Origin: Trichomonas gallinae
Taxonomy: Eukaryota
Assembly (NCBI GenBank): GCA_008369845.1
Contig: MRSU01009997.1
Span: 1 to 54,894 of the forward strand
Direction of reading: 5' to 3'
DNA length: 54,894 nt
The notes under the pieces: generated by a model
Seen by the model: only the letters and a program-made list of their open reading frames with translations
What the model was told of the DNA's origin: nothing
Database searches by the model: none
Translations under genes and position numbers: made by a program
In this document: positions 29,651 to 42,300 of the stretch, piece after piece
Layout of the letters: each line of letters starts with the position of its first letter
Position numbering within the stretch: the first letter of the stretch is position 1

Positions 29651-31177
29651 ATGGCGACAAAGGAAGAAAGTCAACCAGTCGCTCCTCAAGATAAGCGCCA
29701 ACCAATGATACCAGGACTAGGTGGCTTCAAAACAACAATGTGGTTGCAAAGAAACATAGAAAGCGTCAATCCAAGAATATGGTCATCACATTTCGAGCTT
29801 TCTCGTTATAGGTTCTATGATATTTCTTTTTTAACGAACTCAAATTATCATATGCCATATCTACCATTATACACACGTCGATATTTACAGTCTTCACGAT
29901 TCTTAAATCTTTCATTTTACGGTCCCGGACCATTTTTATTACATTGTCCGCCATCTAAAGAGGAATTAAATACAATTATCGACAAAATACAGAGGATTTA
30001 CAATAAACAAATCCAATCAAATGGAGATATCACGCCAGAATTTCGAAATTACGTTTTAAGACAAGTAGCCAGAACAACTCCTGGTCGTAATGCTTTTGAT
30101 ATTGCAAGAATTTATTCTGATTACGCTAAACAATTAATGGATGATCCACCAAATGCCATTATTGCCCGAAGATATTCTCCAGATACTATAGAAGGAATTC
30201 CTAATTACAAAATGAAAGAGTATTTTATCAATGCTAATAGAGAAACAAAAGGATATTTGAATGATGATCAATTGTTCCTTTGTAATTCACAAAACTTTGG
30301 AATTTTTGATATTAAAACGGGAAATTATGCTATGTACGAAGAAAAAGATATCGAATTTATTCAACCAATTAAAACTGGCGGATTTCTCTTTGCTAAGCGT
30401 TCGGGAACTATATACTGTGCAAAAGAAATCAGAAAAATCTCTCCTCCAATAGAAACAACGCTTCAAATTTCAAAATTTGTCGCATCTGGTGGAGCGCAAT
30501 TAACATTTGCAGCTTCAGATGTGTCATCGTCTGTTCTATCATATGGCTCGCTGAATGGAGTGAAAAATATTATTGTAGGAAATATTTCATTATTTGACGT
30601 TTACAATCACAACGTATATGTTGTTACAGATGGTTCAGAGGTTTCTGTTAAGCATTATCTCGATGGCCGCCTCGCACGCGAGTGGAGAGCGCAAGAAACA
30701 ATTTCTTGCATTAAATATGTTCCACAGCAGAAGTTTGTCGGTCTTATATCAACGTCAGGGTTTAGTGGCAATGATGAGAGAATGCAAGACAGCCAGTTTT
30801 ACATTGAACAAAAAGAAGCATTTGATTTCTCGTTTAACGAAAGCGGCCAGCTACTTTGCCTTTCGACTACAAAAGGACTCACAGTATATGACCAGAGGAT
30901 GATTCGACCTATTATGGTTGCAGAATTCGGAATGCCGATGGCTTTCCAAGCAAAATGGATGAGAAATGCAGATAACATTGCTGTGATTTCACAGATTGGA
31001 CGATTTTCAGTTCTCAACCCTATGCTAACAAGCCCTGTGATAGAATCATACATATGTGGAGTTTCCGAAACAGTCAGCATAGACACATCATACAATACAG
31101 TATTATTGAAGCAGGAAAACGGATACAGAATCATGACTTCTGAGAGAGAACAACTCTACGTTCCCACTGACCTTTGA
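29651..31177 (+). CDS. Protein with C-terminal WD40-like beta-propeller
   Basis: First ATG is 29651. Beta-strand repeats such as FSFNESGQLLCLSTTKGLTVYD and AKWMRNADNIAVIS. Confidence 0.7.
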   Translation: MATKEESQPVAPQDKRQPMIPGLGGFKTTMWLQRNIESVNPRIWSSHFELSRYRFYDISFLTNSNYHMPYLPLYTRRYLQSSRFLNLSFYGPGPFLLHCPPSKEELNTIIDKIQRIYNKQIQSNGDITPEFRNYVLRQVARTTPGRNAFDIARIYSDYAKQLMDDPPNAIIARRYSPDTIEGIPNYKMKEYFINANRETKGYLNDDQLFLCNSQNFGIFDIKTGNYAMYEEKDIEFIQPIKTGGFLFAKRSGTIYCAKEIRKISPPIETTLQISKFVASGGAQLTFAASDVSSSVLSYGSLNGVKNIIVGNISLFDVYNHNVYVVTDGSEVSVKHYLDGRLAREWRAQETISCIKYVPQQKFVGLISTSGFSGNDERMQDSQFYIEQKEAFDFSFNESGQLLCLSTTKGLTVYDQRMIRPIMVAEFGMPMAFQAKWMRNADNIAVISQIGRFSVLNPMLTSPVIESYICGVSETVSIDTSYNTVLLKQENGYRIMTSEREQLYVPTDL

Positions 31178-31829
31178 GATTTATATATATTTTTGCTCAA
31201 AGACCACAGAGTCAATAGTTGTTAACGAACTGGAATGCAATTTGAATCCAATATCAGTTTTTAGATACAATAGAAACTGCTGCCAATTTCTTTGATCTTA
31301 TCAATGTTTAATCTTGGATAGAGCAATAATTGTTTACCATTTGTAATTTTTTATTGATAAAATTGTTTTGTAATTTCTATTTTAATCAATTCCATTTTTC
31401 ATTCATTATCAATATCATCTCATTGCATATCAGTAGAATTCATAAATTTTCATTTTCCAAAACTATTCTAATCTATTGGGCAGCAACTTTTTTGTTGACA
31501 GAAGTATATTTTAAAATCCCTGCCATTGATCTAGCTTAATATATAGTCTCATATACATTGAAATAAGTTAGATTTATAACTCTACAACATTTCTAACTCA
31601 TGATATAGTTTACATGTCAAATGTCAAAAATTAAGTTATATATGTTAATATTGTTATTTTTATCATATCCTCTAGGTCAATTAATGTATTTCTTCACGAA
31701 AACAGCAAAGCATGCAATAATCTAATTTTGATTTATAATTTTTGGCTTTCAATAGTCACTATATGGTTTATTTGCCAATACTATTGTAAATAAACATAAA
31801 TCACTTTCCATTTTTTAATTGTTTGCTGG

Positions 31830-34451
31830 ATGGATTATCCAACATTTATTTTTCTTCTTCAGGAGTCAATTTCTGGAAGACTTGTTGAAGGAGAGGATGC
31901 TACATCGAAAATTAAAGAATATTTCCGAGGATCATTGGAAAACTCTCGCGATGTTTTAATGTTTTTTAATCAATCTTTCTCAGATCCGATAATAACAGAG
32001 CAAATTAAAGTTGGTACACTTTCTCTTTTCTATCAATTAGTTTCTTCATCTGAAACTCGAACCATTTGGACAAATCAATTTTTTTTCGAAATCATTCATG
32101 CAATTAAAGGATCATTATTGAACTTATTGCTATTTCCGAGTGATATACTACGAAATATGTCATCAAAAGTTATTACTCGCATTGCACTTACAGAAAAACA
32201 ATTATATTGCTTAGAGACAATTGGAAAAATCATTGAAAATTCGGACCAGATCAACGAAATTGTTGCTTCTGTTTACTTATTTACTGATATTCTCGCTGCT
32301 GATTTATATCAAAAAGCCGGAAAAAACAGTTTACCAGAACAAATGATGGTATGTTTGCACAGAGTTGCCCAAGAATTACCAAAGTTGCTAGAATTTGATA
32401 ACGCACAAGAACTAATTTTAATTTATCTTAATTATATTCAAACTCTTGCAGAAAAATTCCCAAAAAGATTATACAATGTTGATATATGCCAAGAAATAAT
32501 GGATTCTTTAATTAAAGTCTTCCCATCTTTAGATTTTAAACCATATCTTCGCGCGCACTGGGTTGTGCTGTATATTGTTGATAGTATTTATCAAAATTCT
32601 GATAAATTAACTGATCTAATGGGAAATATCCTCTATACAGTCACACAAGGCTTTAATTGTTCCGATCCAGCATTTAAATGTGTTTCCATTGATTTTTTCA
32701 ACCAAGTTTATGAATTAGAGCGAAAAAGCAACCCTCACAATCATCAATACTTCGAAGAAAACTCCACACACATATTCGACGAATTAAATTCACAAATTCC
32801 AGAAATCAACTTAGAAACGCCAATTGATCAAACTGGACGTGAAGAATTCGAAAGATACTTCATTAAATTGCTGAGAAACTTATTCATTAATCACGGAAAT
32901 GACATTTTAGATTCATACGGTAATATCGTGCTTGAAAATTTAGCAGCTGAGTCTCCTCTACAAAAGTACCAAGCTTTATGCATCATTCAAGCATTTTTCT
33001 TGCCAAATGATAATAAATATAGCTCAGTGTTGATACCTTTCATAATGCAAAACAAAGAGCTGTTGTTTTCTTGTTTGCAAGTTCGCGAGGTCCATGTCGT
33101 CAAGCGAATTCTTTCAGTTCTCACTGCTATCTTTGAATCATATCCAAGTTTTCTCAAAGATAACGATCTTATTCAACAGCTCGTATGGCAGGGAATAGCA
33201 GAACTCATTCAGTCTGAGCCAAATGATGTAATCGCAAAAAAGATTTGCACATGTTTATTGAAATTTATTCCAATTGTCTCTAATACAGACACTTACTTTG
33301 AAAACTACGTGCACATCGTTAACAGCATAATCCAGATACCTGCACTTAAAGAGTCAGGATTAATCGGAAGCCCTTTCCAGCTTTTGAGCGAAGTTATTGA
33401 GCACTGCAATGTAGAGAGACACTTCCCATTCATTGTCAATTACATGAGTGGGCTGATTCCTAGTGTCGACGCCAATCTTTCAGATAGCCTCGCCAATGAT
33501 GGAAACACATATCAAATCATTGCAATATCTGGAAAAATCAATCTAATCATCACGTTCGCAAACATTTATAAGAAGAATATTAATAATTTAGTGAATTCTT
33601 TCGGAGGAATAATCGGAGACATGTTCAACCCATTCGTTCCTAGATGGTTCAAGGCTGTGAAAGGCAAGTCAATTTTCGCTGATGATCTACTTGACTTGAT
33701 TAAAGTTGTATTGGAGATTCTTCCAGGAATTGCCGTTAGCTATCCAGAACAGATATATGAGACGCTGAAGAATGTGATAACAACGAGCGGACCAACTACA
33801 CAAGGTAAAGCAGCTCTTGTTCTCTCTACTTTCTCCAAGATCGAAGGCGTTCGAATAAGCGAAGACTACACAGATGCATTACTATATATGATACAGCTGC
33901 TGCAGTCTGGAGGAGAGGTTTTCACGAAAATGTTTTTCGCAGATACCCTTTATGCTGTTGCCAGAATAATCAATAGTCAGAACATACACGAGATGGACAA
34001 TGATTCCGTCATGGGCTCATACAGAGATCTATTGATAAATATTCTAAACACGAGAGCGGATTTGTCCGATAGTGAAGTGAGAAATGAAGTGATTTATCTT
34101 TACACGAAAATTGCTCTATCGCTTAATGAACTCGCCAAAGTGATGAGCAGGTTCAATGATGAATATTTAGAAGATTTCTACAAATTTATTTTCAAATCCT
34201 TTATGAAACGAATAATCTTAGATAAAATGGAGGATTTGAAACTGTACAATTGTGTACTGGAGTTGTTGTTTACAATGATCAGATCAGACGAAAAGGTTGT
34301 TAGGAAACTGAATCATTTATTCAATGGCGACAGTGCGAAGAAATTAATCGAATATATCCATGAAAGTACGAGAAAGAGACCATCAAACAACTTCCTGACA
34401 AAATTAGCAAACAGAGCTGATGAATATATGAAAAGAGCTCCCGAACTATAG
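31830..34451 (+). CDS. Importin-beta-like HEAT-repeat protein
   Basis: 873 aa HEAT solenoid. IKGSLLNLL...RNMSSKVITRIALTE and FKCVSIDFFNQVYELE resemble importin-beta segments. Inr TCACTT at 31801. Confidence 0.6.
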   Translation: MDYPTFIFLLQESISGRLVEGEDATSKIKEYFRGSLENSRDVLMFFNQSFSDPIITEQIKVGTLSLFYQLVSSSETRTIWTNQFFFEIIHAIKGSLLNLLLFPSDILRNMSSKVITRIALTEKQLYCLETIGKIIENSDQINEIVASVYLFTDILAADLYQKAGKNSLPEQMMVCLHRVAQELPKLLEFDNAQELILIYLNYIQTLAEKFPKRLYNVDICQEIMDSLIKVFPSLDFKPYLRAHWVVLYIVDSIYQNSDKLTDLMGNILYTVTQGFNCSDPAFKCVSIDFFNQVYELERKSNPHNHQYFEENSTHIFDELNSQIPEINLETPIDQTGREEFERYFIKLLRNLFINHGNDILDSYGNIVLENLAAESPLQKYQALCIIQAFFLPNDNKYSSVLIPFIMQNKELLFSCLQVREVHVVKRILSVLTAIFESYPSFLKDNDLIQQLVWQGIAELIQSEPNDVIAKKICTCLLKFIPIVSNTDTYFENYVHIVNSIIQIPALKESGLIGSPFQLLSEVIEHCNVERHFPFIVNYMSGLIPSVDANLSDSLANDGNTYQIIAISGKINLIITFANIYKKNINNLVNSFGGIIGDMFNPFVPRWFKAVKGKSIFADDLLDLIKVVLEILPGIAVSYPEQIYETLKNVITTSGPTTQGKAALVLSTFSKIEGVRISEDYTDALLYMIQLLQSGGEVFTKMFFADTLYAVARIINSQNIHEMDNDSVMGSYRDLLINILNTRADLSDSEVRNEVIYLYTKIALSLNELAKVMSRFNDEYLEDFYKFIFKSFMKRIILDKMEDLKLYNCVLELLFTMIRSDEKVVRKLNHLFNGDSAKKLIEYIHESTRKRPSNNFLTKLANRADEYMKRAPEL

Positions 34452-34802
34452 TTTTTTATCCCCATGTATTTATATAGATATATTATAGAGTAAATGTGCT
34501 ACTTGTTTTTTGAAATTTTTACTGATCTTGGGTTATATATTTTGAAAATGATACATCAGAGGCAGTTTCTGTTGATAAATTTGCATCATAATCAAAATAT
34601 ATCTTCAATTTCAAATATATTGCAGCATAATGATTTTATGATACATAGGATAGGTGTATATGAAATTTTCGGCCGAATGAAACAACGTATTTCACAAAAA
34701 AAAGAATTATATTTCGATTTCTGGATGTTTTGAGAATATGACACATTATCTTATTGAGTAAACTCCAATAAAAATCCTTTAGTAAACAAAAAACAACAAT
34801 TT

Positions 34803-35900
34803 TTATTCCAAATTTTCTTTTTCTTCCTCTTCTTCACCAAACTTTTCGTTTGTATTTTCTCTGCTTCCGAGATGAAGATTGACCTTGTTTTCTTCATCCT
34901 CGAATTTTTCAAATGTTTCCTCTTTCTTAATTTCTTCATTTTCTTCCTGGGCTGCTCCTTCGTGCTTCTCTTCTTCCTCTTCCTCTGGCTGATTCTGATC
35001 ATCTTCGAAATAGTCTGCGTGTGTATATGGCTCGATTTCATCTGCTTTATCATCCATCTTGAGTTCTTTGTAAATATCGTAAGCTTTTTTATACTGGTCG
35101 ACAACATCCTTACCACAGCCACATAATCTTCCACATTCTGCAATTTCTAAATAAATATCAGCTGTTGGCTCGTCAGAAGGTGGATTACATTGTGGAAGAG
35201 TTTCAGATGCTGCAATATATGCTTCGTAAGCCTCGTCGATGTTTCCTTTCGTATAAACGATTCTTGCAATAAGAATATCGCGTCTAAATCTAAGATATGG
35301 ATCTGTAATTGTAGCCTTAAGAACAGGCTTTAACTCTTTTGCTGCTTGAGTTAATGATTTTGGATTTTCTAGCGAATCAATTAAATATGCTTCAGATAAA
35401 CCAACAGCAATCGCTGCTTTTGTATCTTCATCTAATTCTACACCGGAAGCTATCTGCTTTGCCATCTTAAAATGACGGATTGAGCTTTGAGTTTTTGTAA
35501 CAAAATTGTAATGTTCACCTAAAGAAACGTGACTGTAGAGTGCTTCTATTGATTTCTCACCATATACCATGTATCTAAACGTTTTCTGTTTCATTAATAA
35601 TGTAAATCGTTCATCTTCATCTTCAATTTCATTTTCAAGTTGAGAATCAACTTCTTTTAGTTTTTGCAGTGGAGATCTAACATCATCAGCTTCATCCTGA
35701 TGTTCCCTGAAATATTTTGTCGAATATGATTCAGTTTTATCTTGAGTAATCTTTTTTGATCCTAAAGGCTGAGTTTTCGACAGTCTATAGCAGTTGGAAT
35801 TAATTTCATTTCGAGAGTTTCTTACCCTAGGAAGCTGCGATCTCTGTTCTTGTGTTTTTTGAGGTCTGCGCACTCCAGAAGATGTCTGTGGCGCGCTCAT
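34803..35900 (-). CDS. TPR protein, TTC23-like, with acidic tail
   Basis: MVYGEKSIEALYSHVSLGEHY...IRHFKMAKQI resembles TTC23. TPR-like helices and a Glu-rich C-terminus. AAAATG start, stop within TAAA. Confidence 0.6.
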   Translation of the reverse strand: MSAPQTSSGVRRPQKTQEQRSQLPRVRNSRNEINSNCYRLSKTQPLGSKKITQDKTESYSTKYFREHQDEADDVRSPLQKLKEVDSQLENEIEDEDERFTLLMKQKTFRYMVYGEKSIEALYSHVSLGEHYNFVTKTQSSIRHFKMAKQIASGVELDEDTKAAIAVGLSEAYLIDSLENPKSLTQAAKELKPVLKATITDPYLRFRRDILIARIVYTKGNIDEAYEAYIAASETLPQCNPPSDEPTADIYLEIAECGRLCGCGKDVVDQYKKAYDIYKELKMDDKADEIEPYTHADYFEDDQNQPEEEEEEKHEGAAQEENEEIKKEETFEKFEDEENKVNLHLGSRENTNEKFGEEEEEKENLE

Positions 35901-36240
35901 TTTTTTTATCCGTTATTTTTCAAACTACCGTATGATTACTAGTATTGACTAGAATAATTCTTGGAAAAATGAACTACTACATTATTGGACTGCATATATG
36001 AGTTATCACGCCAAAAAAATAAAATCGATATTTTTGATAAAATCTTATTAACATCTTTTCTTTCAAAAGAAGATCACAATTTTGTACTTTATTAAAAATA
36101 CAATGTAAATATTCTCTATTGGAAGAATATAGTATATTTAGCATATATTTCACTTAATGAACTTTTTTTCCCCTCAGATTATGATTCTTTGTGTTTCCTA
36201 ATGCATCATTATTTTTACTTCTTATATATGTGACGAATCC

Positions 36241-36471
36241 ATGGCGTTTACCGTTCATGAATTCATTGGAAATGAAGGTGACTCAAAGTTTGATGATATT
36301 ATAATGGAAACTGAAGATGAAGAATTATTACAGCGTGCAGAAGCCGTTAAGAACATTATTATCAACTCTGATGGAACAGGCATTGATCCTGAATACAACT
36401 GGGAACGATTAGGAAATAATTTCTTGATATCTGATGAAAGTTATGATTCTTATGAGAGGCTGTATAATTGA
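36241..36471 (+). CDS. Small acidic protein or frameshifted gene fragment (76 aa)
   Basis: ATG ORF with coding-like codons in otherwise AT-rich DNA, with an Inr-like TCATTA about 35 nt upstream. Confidence 0.45.
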   Translation: MAFTVHEFIGNEGDSKFDDIIMETEDEELLQRAEAVKNIIINSDGTGIDPEYNWERLGNNFLISDESYDSYERLYN

Positions 36472-36926
36472 GAGGCTCATTAAGCAGGGATTTGCGGAAC
36501 ATGTGTAAGTATTTGACCTTTCTTTCTATAGGATAATATCTTTATATATAAGTATCCTATACCATAGAATGTAAGCAAATCCTTTGCTGTAGTCACACGA
36601 TGAGATATATTGGTTTCAATGATCCAATGTGCAAACATGTTGAGCAACGTAAAACACTGCTTGTGTTCTTCTGCTTAGCTTTTTATATATAGTATGATAA
36701 TATATAGATTGAATAGCATCTATATTAAATATTTTTAGATAATACGATGAAATTATTTTCTTGAGTTCAACTAAATAAAGTTGTTCCACATGGAGAAGCC
36801 TAAATGACAATTATAAACACCATTCTATTATTAATAATAAGGTATTGACGCATGAAATTACTCATAAAACGACAAAATAAAAATAAATTACTTTTTTTCA
36901 AAAAAAAATAAGGTTAACTTGTACAA

Positions 36927-36975
36927 AGTTCCACTTCCACCAAGTTCCACTAAAAAATAGTTCCACAAGTTCCAC
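36927..36975 (+). repeat. Cluster of four AGTTCCAC octamers
   Basis: Copies at 36927, 36943, 36959 and 36968, plus TTCCAC at 36935. Confidence 0.8.
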
Positions 36976-37386
36976 TTTTTGCAAGCTTATTTATATCATT
37001 TTATTTTGTATTTAAATATAAAACGTGCAAAAATACTCGTGATTTTGCATTTTTTGCATGTTGGCAAGCGAGAATGATTATGCATATATATATTAACCAC
37101 ACATTCAACTAAATATTCAATGATATTATCTTATTTGTTGTAAAATAGATGAAATTGTTGAGCTTTGAGTTTTTTTTCGTACCTTATCTGATTTCAAGTC
37201 ATTCATTTCGCTTTCTGTACTGTGTCGATATTTTAACGCGTTGTGGACAATGCATCATCCCTTTCTCAAAATAATCGCATATCAGATATTGCCAAAAGTA
37301 ACTTCAGTTCCTGGATTTGTGCAGATAAGAATGATATCAACAACAATGTGTATGATTTAAAATAAAATTTTCGCTAAAATTTAGGA

Positions 37387-38427
37387 ATGTCTGCGATCGA
37401 TGTTACACAACCGATCAACGGCAAGAAGCAGAGGCAGACAATTCTCCTTTCCCTTAGGGAATGGCACGCATTCATTACACCCAGAACAGCTGTTATTGTC
37501 TTGTACGTTATTGGGCTATTATTTATTGGTCTTGGAACAGCTTTTTTCATCATAACAGGCAATATGACTGATATAGAGATCCGATATGATGAAGAATGTA
37601 AAAACAAAACACAATGTTACGTTTGGTTAAATACAACAAATAATATCACCGGAAAAATTTCGATGGAATATAAGCTTTACGGATACTACCAGAACCACAG
37701 AAGAATTTTCGACTCAAGAAGTTACTCGCAAATGCAAGGTAAATTTTTGACATACAGTCAACTAAGCTCTTGTAAACCAGCTGTTTCAGTAAACAACTCA
37801 GACCTTGTTAAAGACATATATGCGCCGTGTGGACTCATGGCTTTCGCGTTTTTTAACGATACATATTTTTGGAATTATCCAGCTATCGCAAATTTTACGT
37901 CAGACAATATATCACTGGCAAGTGATAGAGAAAAACTGTTCAAAGGTATCAATAGCAAGTACAGTGACTCTGTACAATGGCTCACGTATGATGATTTTCC
38001 AGGAAATGTTACTAATGAGCATTTCATTGTTTGGATGAGAGCCGCAGCTATGCCAAAGTTCTTGAAACTCTACGCAAAATGCTATGGCTGCACAATTCCT
38101 GCAGGAAATTACTCAATTCTCGTCAAAAAGAACTATCCTGAAGATATGTTCGATGGAGGACGCTCAATTGTCATATCCACAACAAGTTCGCTTGGTAGCG
38201 GAAGTTATTTTATTTCTACAGCATATATGTCAATGGGCGGAATAAGCATTGTATTTGCAACAGCCTTTCTGCTCCATATGTTGTTTTGTCCAAGACAGTT
38301 TGGTGATTTAAGCCAGATTTGGTCACCACAAGCTCAGCAACATACTCCTCTCGTTGTTAATTCACAAGATCCATCGAGTAGTGATGACTCTGATCACCAA
38401 AGTTCAGTTCATGATGGACTATATTAA
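37387..38427 (+). CDS. CDC50: CDC50/LEM3-family P4-ATPase (flippase) beta subunit
   Basis: Two TM segments, IRYD..C, YQNHRR, PCGLMAFAFFNDT, NEHFIVWMRAAAMPKF, and multiple N-glycosylation sequons. Confidence 0.95.
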   Translation: MSAIDVTQPINGKKQRQTILLSLREWHAFITPRTAVIVLYVIGLLFIGLGTAFFIITGNMTDIEIRYDEECKNKTQCYVWLNTTNNITGKISMEYKLYGYYQNHRRIFDSRSYSQMQGKFLTYSQLSSCKPAVSVNNSDLVKDIYAPCGLMAFAFFNDTYFWNYPAIANFTSDNISLASDREKLFKGINSKYSDSVQWLTYDDFPGNVTNEHFIVWMRAAAMPKFLKLYAKCYGCTIPAGNYSILVKKNYPEDMFDGGRSIVISTTSSLGSGSYFISTAYMSMGGISIVFATAFLLHMLFCPRQFGDLSQIWSPQAQQHTPLVVNSQDPSSSDDSDHQSSVHDGLY

Positions 38428-39348
38428 TATTATTTTGTTATATATTAATTGTTATTTATTCTTGTTTAGTAAACTGTCATTTATCAATTTGTGCGCTATA
38501 TCTTATATCTGGAGTGATTTTACAAATAATTTTAATTCCATTTTGTGAAAATCAATTTAATATAAATTATTGATCTTTTGTCATTGTATATATCTTATAT
38601 GTATAGAAAATGGAAATATATGCGTTAGACAAAAAGAGTTGAATATCACTATTTGGTTAATGATTATGGTTGAATATTCACTACAACCTCTAATCTCTCC
38701 CATAATGACATTTTCTAAATATTTAGTTAAAATATAAACTAATGTAGGCGAGGTGAGGTCATGTGAATACATTATAACAAGTTTGAAAATTTTCTGATTA
38801 AAATAGGCTTCAAAAGTTCAGCCCAAATGGATGTGATATAAATTGACGTCTTTTTGAAAGTTATCGATTTGAAATATGACATGTAAAGCATGAAATTTTG
38901 ACATGTAAATTATTCAATTTATTTGCAAATTTCATCTTGAAATCGATTCCTCATCACTTTATATAAAGAAAGGAATTTTAAAATTCTAACTCAATAGGTT
39001 TGATATATAACATGATGAACTAATATATAAAATAAAATATTCAGCATACATCATTTATTTAGCTGAAAAATCAAGATAATAATACTTGGTGAACTGACAA
39101 ATCTGACAAAAATTACCCTTTCTTTGAAAAATTTAATATCATTTCTTATCCCTTTAAACTTTTTATATATTAATATATAACAGAAATTACTAAAAAATAA
39201 GAAGCCATTGGTTTTTGTCAACAATTGTCCTTTATTTGACAAATGTCAGTTTTTCATGTCATCATATGATCAAACTTTACTAAAATATATACCATTATAT
39301 AAGGATTTCATATTCTTTGTAAAATTGCTTTGACGATAGTACCAAAAA

Positions 39349-42300
39349 ATGGCGATTCCCGAGATAACTTTGTATTTTCCTCCCGATGTGGATAATTCTC
39401 GGCAATTTCATATATGGGAGGAGAGAAGAGAGGAACTTGTCCATCTTTTCGGCCATTATCTTTTGATGCTTACCGAAGCAGAACTAATTAAAAAATTCGA
39501 AAATTGGGAATCTAAACTGAAAGAGCTACAATATTCCGACAGAGGCAATAACTACTTACTCGCACTATTATATATTTCGATCTTACACTACTTCACACGC
39601 TCAGTAGATCTGATCCGGGCAAATTTAAATTTTATGAAAAAGCTTCTTGAGACTAAAAATCGTACACAAATAATGTGCGCCGCACAGACATTTGCTTGGT
39701 GTGCGTCTGAGAATCAAGAATGCATCGATTTTATGAGAGAATTATTGACGCGCGCTTCAAAATGGATTACAAGTCAGAATACTGCGTTCTCCGCACTTCA
39801 TGTGCTTTTCACAGCAGGAAATTTCCTGTTGCCGAATGTTTACGAAGAAACTACAAATAACTACAAACAGCTCTGCACTTGGCTTTCATGCGATGACGTA
39901 GATTTACAAGTTATGTCAGCAAAAGTCTTGAAGCTACACTTTAAGGCACTTAAAACAAACATTTCTCAAGTTAACACTTTATTTTCTGAGTGTCTCCATA
40001 AAATCAGCACGCAAAGTCAAAATCTTTACGGATCTATTCGCGTTATCGACCATATTTTACAATACTACCAAAATCCAAACCAAGCAATGGAAGTTATCGA
40101 ATTAGTTGAGCAATTTCCATATTTAAAGTACGAAAACCTCAGCTTTACGTGGTTCTTTACTTTGCTGAAAATAGTAGAGAACAAATTCTTGGCAATTATT
40201 ATCACGCCAGATTCTGCTCCTCGTCTTTTATCTACATTATTCGCATCATGCAAAAAGTTTATGTCAATACGTTTATATGAAATGCTATTTCAGTTTTTCA
40301 AAGCATTCAATCCTTCAACATTCAGATCATATCTGCCAAACGTTATAGATTTTCTCGCAAACACAGTCACTGAGCACAGATATCCTCAGATATGTGCTAT
40401 TGCGTTTGATTCATTATCATATCTTATCGACACATTTCCAAATTGTATAATTTTTTCTCCATCCTTCTTTTTAAATGCCGAGCCATCGCCGCAATATGTA
40501 TGTGCGCTACGTAAATCAATGAGAATCTTTTCGGATCTTAAATCTACTCTAGTTACTAAATTTAGAGAAGGAATTTCGCCAAGAGCTACAATTGATCAAC
40601 AAATACTCGCATTAACAATATTTAGCCAATTTACAAGCCATATTTTTGATAATATCGAAGGAGTTTTCGATACAATTTCATATTTAGTTAAATCGCCAAG
40701 TACAAATGTTAGACTACTAATGGTATCAATATTACCTATTTTCCACAACAAAAAAGCATTAGATGACCTTTTATTCTTAGCTTTATTCGATACTGAAAAA
40801 TCTGTTCGAGCTGGTGCTGTTAGTCAGCTGAAAGCATCACATCTCGAACAGTTACAGCTTTTATCACAAATTTTAACAGATCCAAGCTATACTGTTAGAA
40901 GAAATGCAATTAAACTAGTTGCTCAAGTCGCTCCAGAGAATCCGATGCTATTTTATGTCCCAATTACTATGCTCGTTCAACAGACAATGATTTCTATGCT
41001 GACAACATCAAATCCATCTGTTTGCCAAAAAATTTCTTCATTACTGCCTTTAATTGCTCAGCATTTATTATCATTTTGTCCATCATACATCCCACAAGTC
41101 ATTAAAGTATGTTACACATTCCTTTGTCCAGAAAAATACAGAACAAAAGATTCTAAAATTTTATCTGTCATTCAGCGCGACATGAATCATGATGGAAATC
41201 TTTTGATATCAAATACAAGACCATTTGATGCTTCTTGTGTCAATTTAAACAGAGTTTTCGAAATCGAAAATAAACATTTCATCGATAAACGCGATGGAGA
41301 CCTCTTTGAGACACTCAGATGTCTTTCATCTCATCTTGGACCTTATTTGGACGAGCTTATGCCAATATATTTGTCAGTTTTTAGCGAAAATCGTACTGAA
41401 TTAGTTTACAAATCAGCTTTAAACTCTTTAATCGAGATTGTCAACAAATTGGAAGCAGCATCAAACATCCCATCAACTCAACCAACACTTCCACACACTT
41501 TGATAACATTATTACGCGCAAAACCCAGCGAAGAAGTCGCAATTTTAATTCTAAAACTTCTAGCGACATTCGGAATAACAGCATATCCACGCAACAACAG
41601 CGTCTTCGATGACGGCGACGAGAACAAGTACGATTTTAAGTCGCCCAGCTACTACACAGATTCCATGCTTTCCGCTCTTGTCAAAATTCTCGACGAACAA
41701 CATTCGTGCGTTTTTGAGTCCGTCACTTCTATATTCGTCTACGAGTATCACCAAGCTGTCAAGTTCTTGGCACCAATAATCAAAGCGTACGACAAAGCAA
41801 TAAGATCATCGAAGCCTAAAATTAGGGTACAGCTGTTTTCTCAGCTGGAAATTATCTGCTATTATTCGGGAATTAGGGCAGCTTCTTACGCGCAGACATT
41901 AACTGATTTGATTTTAGACAATATATCTATGCCTGAAGCACTTAAAGTCGCGTGCGTTTTGTCGTATTTCTTGAAATGCGAATTCATTCCTTATGCTCCA
42001 TCTATTTATCAAGAGTGCACGCATATACTAGGAATGTCAAAGCTCGGCGTTTCCAAAGAATTGTTTAGGTTCTTGACTTATGCTGTTGTTTTCCAGAACC
42101 AGCCGCTCGACAACTTCATATTCGCATGCGAGCAAAGAATGCTACTAAAACCATCAACAGATGAGATAACAGTCATGTTGAATTCTCTGACAACTATAAC
42201 ACATCTGTCAGATGTTACATTTGATTGCTCACGAATGGCAAGACTATGCATTCCTTTATTGAATTCATCGATAAGGCCAAATGTCATGCAGTTATTGTAT

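Noticed and set aside
37186..37329. CTTATCTG/CAGATAAG stem enclosing about 130 nt
   Set aside because: Only 8 bp, with no convincing internal fold or ncRNA motif.
38972..38997. Short intron 3' end TCTAACTCAATAG
   Set aside because: It resembles a trichomonad branch/3' splice motif, but there is no GT about 25 nt upstream and no flanking ORF.
39012..39066. Box C/D snoRNA (ATGATGA...CTGA)
   Set aside because: No terminal stem, an extremely AT-rich interior, and no recognisable rRNA guide.
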